From an uncultured Gammaproteobacteria bacterium (GTDB taxonomy: Bacteria; Pseudomonadota; Gammaproteobacteria; Steroidobacterales; BM003): a stretch of 64,000 bases of DNA. Under the pieces are notes generated by a model. It made no database searches, was not told the DNA's origin, and saw nothing but the letters and a program-made list of their open reading frames with translations. Within the stretch, counting starts at the first letter, position 1. Each line of letters begins with the position of its first letter. The DNA lies in the NCBI GenBank assembly GCA_963783695.1, contig CAWAOM010000001.1, forward strand, positions 289,938-353,937, given 5' to 3'. A program made the translations under genes and the position numbers. Positions 61,617 to 64,000 of this stretch are shown here, in pieces.

Positions 61617-62198
61617 ATGCGCCTGATAATTGGAATGTCCGGAGCGAGCGGCCTGATCTACGGAATCCGGCTGCTGGAAGTATTGCGGGAGCTACCCGGG
61701 ATGGAGACCCATCTCGTGCTGTCCGAAGCGGCACGCCTGAATATTACTGTCGAAACATCTCGCACTGTCAATGACGTAAAGGCGATGGCCAGCGAGGTCC
61801 ACAGTATCCGCAATATCGGCGCGAGCATCGCCAGCGGATCGTTCAAGCACGACGGTATGATCATCGCACCATGTTCGATGAAGACACTTTCGGCGGTTGC
61901 CAATTCGTACGCCGATAATCTCCTGGTGCGTGCGGCCGATGTCACGTTGAAGGAACGTCGGCGACTCGTGATTATGCCGCGCGAGACCCCGCTCCATGCC
62001 GGGCACTGCAAGCTGATGTACGAGGCATCGCTGATCGGCGCGATCCTGTTTCCGCCGATACCGTCCTTTTACGACCGGCCGCAATCAATCGACGACATCG
62101 TTACGGCATCCGTGGCGCGCGTGCTGGACCTGTTTGACGTCGACCCCGGTTTGCTGAAACGCTGGACCGGTCAGGTCGGGAAACGCGCGGACACCTGA
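61617..62198 (+). CDS. ubiX: Flavin prenyltransferase UbiX
   Basis: MRLIIGMSGASGLIYG..., MIIAPCSMKTLSAVANSYADNLLVRAADVTLKERRRLV. Start moved to 61617. Confidence 0.92.
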   Translation: MRLIIGMSGASGLIYGIRLLEVLRELPGMETHLVLSEAARLNITVETSRTVNDVKAMASEVHSIRNIGASIASGSFKHDGMIIAPCSMKTLSAVANSYADNLLVRAADVTLKERRRLVIMPRETPLHAGHCKLMYEASLIGAILFPPIPSFYDRPQSIDDIVTASVARVLDLFDVDPGLLKRWTGQVGKRADT

Positions 62199-62208
62199 CG
62201 GCTCGGCG

Positions 62209-63999
62209 CTAGTCCTCCCAGATGGCATCGGTTTCCTCGCCGGCGCGGTATTGCTTCAGGATCTTTTCAATGTCCTCGCACAGGTCGCGACCACCGGCGG
62301 CGCGGTCCATAAGCCCTTTCCCGACCACGGACAGGCCCATAGTAAAGAACGCAGCAGCGCCGCTGACCACGCCGCCGGCGACATCCGCGCCGACGCGCGG
62401 ATTCGCCAGCGTGCCGCGTACGCGAAGAAACGGGCTGGCAATCGACGCAACACTGACGCCAACCCCTTTGCGTGGCTTGGCGCCGAAGTCGATATCGAGT
62501 TCCTCGTTCGCCATCTTGAGCTTGCCCCGGCCGCGGATCGTAATGGTGTCGGTCTGCAGCAGGAATGGCTGTAATAATGCCTCGCCATCGTTAAATTTGA
62601 TGTAGTAAATTCCGCAGCCGAGCTGATTGAAAGGCTGCTTCTTGGCCGTCGGTATCAGCTTGTAATAAACCTCGGTCAGGACATCATTGGTCATCAGGCC
62701 GAAACTGCCTTGCGGGCGGCGCCCTGACTCGGAAACGATTTTGATCCAACCGTCGGCCGCGACGGCCATCTCATGGAACGAATTGCCGCTGGCCTTGATG
62801 CGCGTTGCCAGCGTGTTAGGTGGCAACAGCGGCATTTCCTCGGGCGTCACGTCTTGAGATCTTGCGTAACGCATGTTGTCACCGTTCAACTCGATCTGGA
62901 ACGACGGCTCGGCGCCACCGCGATCCAGCCGCGCGCGGCCGCTAAGCGGGCCGCCATTGACGCTGCCCTCGAAGGGTTCGATATGCAGGTCGCCATCCCG
63001 TACCACGATGTCCAGCGACACGTCCTGCATATCCGTGTGGGTAGCCTCGACGCGTTCGATCCCGAGTTTCGCATGCAGGTTGAGGGCATCGAGGCCGGAG
63101 AAATTGAATGGGTTTTTGTTAAAGACGCGTTCGCTTTTCTCCTGTCGAGCGTCCGGAAGCCGGCGATCCGTGAGGTACTTTCCAAGCAAGACTGTCTTGG
63201 ACTTCAAACTTGCTTCGACATCCGGTTTCTTGCCTGGCGAGATCACCACGCGGCCGGAAAAATCGCTCTCGCCGAGACGCACGGAGACCGGGTCCATTAC
63301 GATCTTGCCGTCGCTGCCGGCAAAGTCGGCGCTGAACTCGTAGTCGTATGTGATTCGCCACTGGCGACCGAGAAGCGCCATCGTCTCGGCGACATTGGGC
63401 CCTTTCGAGCGGACTTTTAGCGTTATGTTTTCCGCCTTGACCGGTAACCCCAGACCGCCGTCGAGGTTGACGACGTTGTCATCGAACGTGGCCTCGAAAC
63501 CGGAAAAGCCGATATTGCCCGGGCTCCAGCTGACGCCGCCTTTCGCGTTGAGAGGACCGCTTTTCTCCAGCGGCAGGTCGAAATACTCTGTCAGCGGCGC
63601 GACGTCTGGCACCTCCAGCGTACCGTTGGCTTCGATCGACAGAGCGCCGGTCCAGTTCCGCACCGAACCAGATGCAGTCAGCGTACCCGCCTGTCCCTTA
63701 AAAGTACCGTCGAATGCGATAGCGCCGTCGCTCTCTTTGAGCGTGGTGGATAATTCGAAGGGGTTTTTATCCAATGGTTTGAGGCCGAGCAGTGACGTCG
63801 CGGACTCGAGGCTGTCTCCTTTTGCCTCGACAGTGCCATCCAGCCCTTTGAGACCATCGAGTCGATCAATCGTCAGCTGGCTCGAGAGTTTGAGATCGCC
63901 GTAGACGATCTTGAGGTCGTGGTCGCCCGTGCCGTGAATCATCCTCGACAGCCGCGGAATCGTTCCGGATGCGCGCACCGGTTTGCCGTCCAGTGTTGC
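62209..63999 (-). CDS. AsmA family outer-membrane biogenesis protein, C-terminal part (5' end outside the window)
   Basis: Frame open to the window edge. Long beta-rich repetitive sequence with a conserved C-terminal region (...ITIRGRGKLKMANEELDIDFGAKPRKG...LRVRGTLANPRV...) typical of AsmA-like proteins. Confidence 0.7.
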   Translation of the reverse strand, partial: ATLDGKPVRASGTIPRLSRMIHGTGDHDLKIVYGDLKLSSQLTIDRLDGLKGLDGTVEAKGDSLESATSLLGLKPLDKNPFELSTTLKESDGAIAFDGTFKGQAGTLTASGSVRNWTGALSIEANGTLEVPDVAPLTEYFDLPLEKSGPLNAKGGVSWSPGNIGFSGFEATFDDNVVNLDGGLGLPVKAENITLKVRSKGPNVAETMALLGRQWRITYDYEFSADFAGSDGKIVMDPVSVRLGESDFSGRVVISPGKKPDVEASLKSKTVLLGKYLTDRRLPDARQEKSERVFNKNPFNFSGLDALNLHAKLGIERVEATHTDMQDVSLDIVVRDGDLHIEPFEGSVNGGPLSGRARLDRGGAEPSFQIELNGDNMRYARSQDVTPEEMPLLPPNTLATRIKASGNSFHEMAVAADGWIKIVSESGRRPQGSFGLMTNDVLTEVYYKLIPTAKKQPFNQLGCGIYYIKFNDGEALLQPFLLQTDTITIRGRGKLKMANEELDIDFGAKPRKGVGVSVASIASPFLRVRGTLANPRVGADVAGGVVSGAAAFFTMGLSVVGKGLMDRAAGGRDLCEDIEKILKQYRAGEETDAIWED

Positions 64000-64000
64000 A

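Overview
Overview: this is a visibly GC-rich, densely coding chromosomal segment. Gene content and order look like a gammaproteobacterial core genome. All family calls come from motif recognition and remembered synteny; no database search was possible. I call about 55 protein genes, one tRNA, four intrinsic terminators, two promoters and a LexA operator.

Gene blocks, left to right:
- comEC (3' part), then exbB-exbD-msbA-lpxK-ycaR-kdsB-ptp with five overlapping gene junctions.
- rne (convergent with ptp) with a long leader, and divergent rluC.
- maf, then yceD-rpmF-plsX-fabH; the fab cluster stops after fabH.
- A DUF1232-like protein plus a tiny ORF, then an SLC13 permease.
- A LysM-YkuD L,D-transpeptidase convergent with an Lpp/OprI-like lipoprotein, then an FAD oxidoreductase.
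- An RND permease followed by its adaptor.
- A divergent, SOS-box-controlled lexA-imuA-imuB-dnaE2 mutagenesis cassette, then a small acidic protein.
- gspC-D-E-F (type II secretion genes only as far as F), then a CHASE2 class III cyclase.
- clpS-clpA, then infA, aat, a COG3146/DUF482 acyltransferase and trxB.
- ftsK-lolA-vanZ-rarA-serS, a BI-1/YccA protein, tRNA-Ser(UGA), pntAB.
- A secreted hypothetical protein, a two-subunit molybdenum hydroxylase, DUF808, ubiX, and an AsmA-family gene (5' part outside the window).

No transposase, integrase, phage gene, CRISPR array or recognisable defence gene is visible.

Main finding: the one stretch ordinary annotation does not explain is 52.54-53.13 kb. 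It is a near-perfect 3.2-copy tandem array of a 178-bp GC-rich, strongly self-complementary unit placed directly after tRNA-Ser. Each unit carries a copy of the tRNA terminator, a degenerate tRNA 3' end, and an inverted copy of the true tRNA 3' end.

Secondary points:
- A COG3146/DUF482 FemAB-like acyltransferase is translationally coupled to aat, at the place where bpt sits in Pseudomonas-type N-degron loci.
- An orphan ExbBD motor is fused into the lipid A/Kdo operon.
- An 18 x 18-bp in-frame repeat lies in the RNase E scaffold region.
- The T2SS operon ends at gspF.
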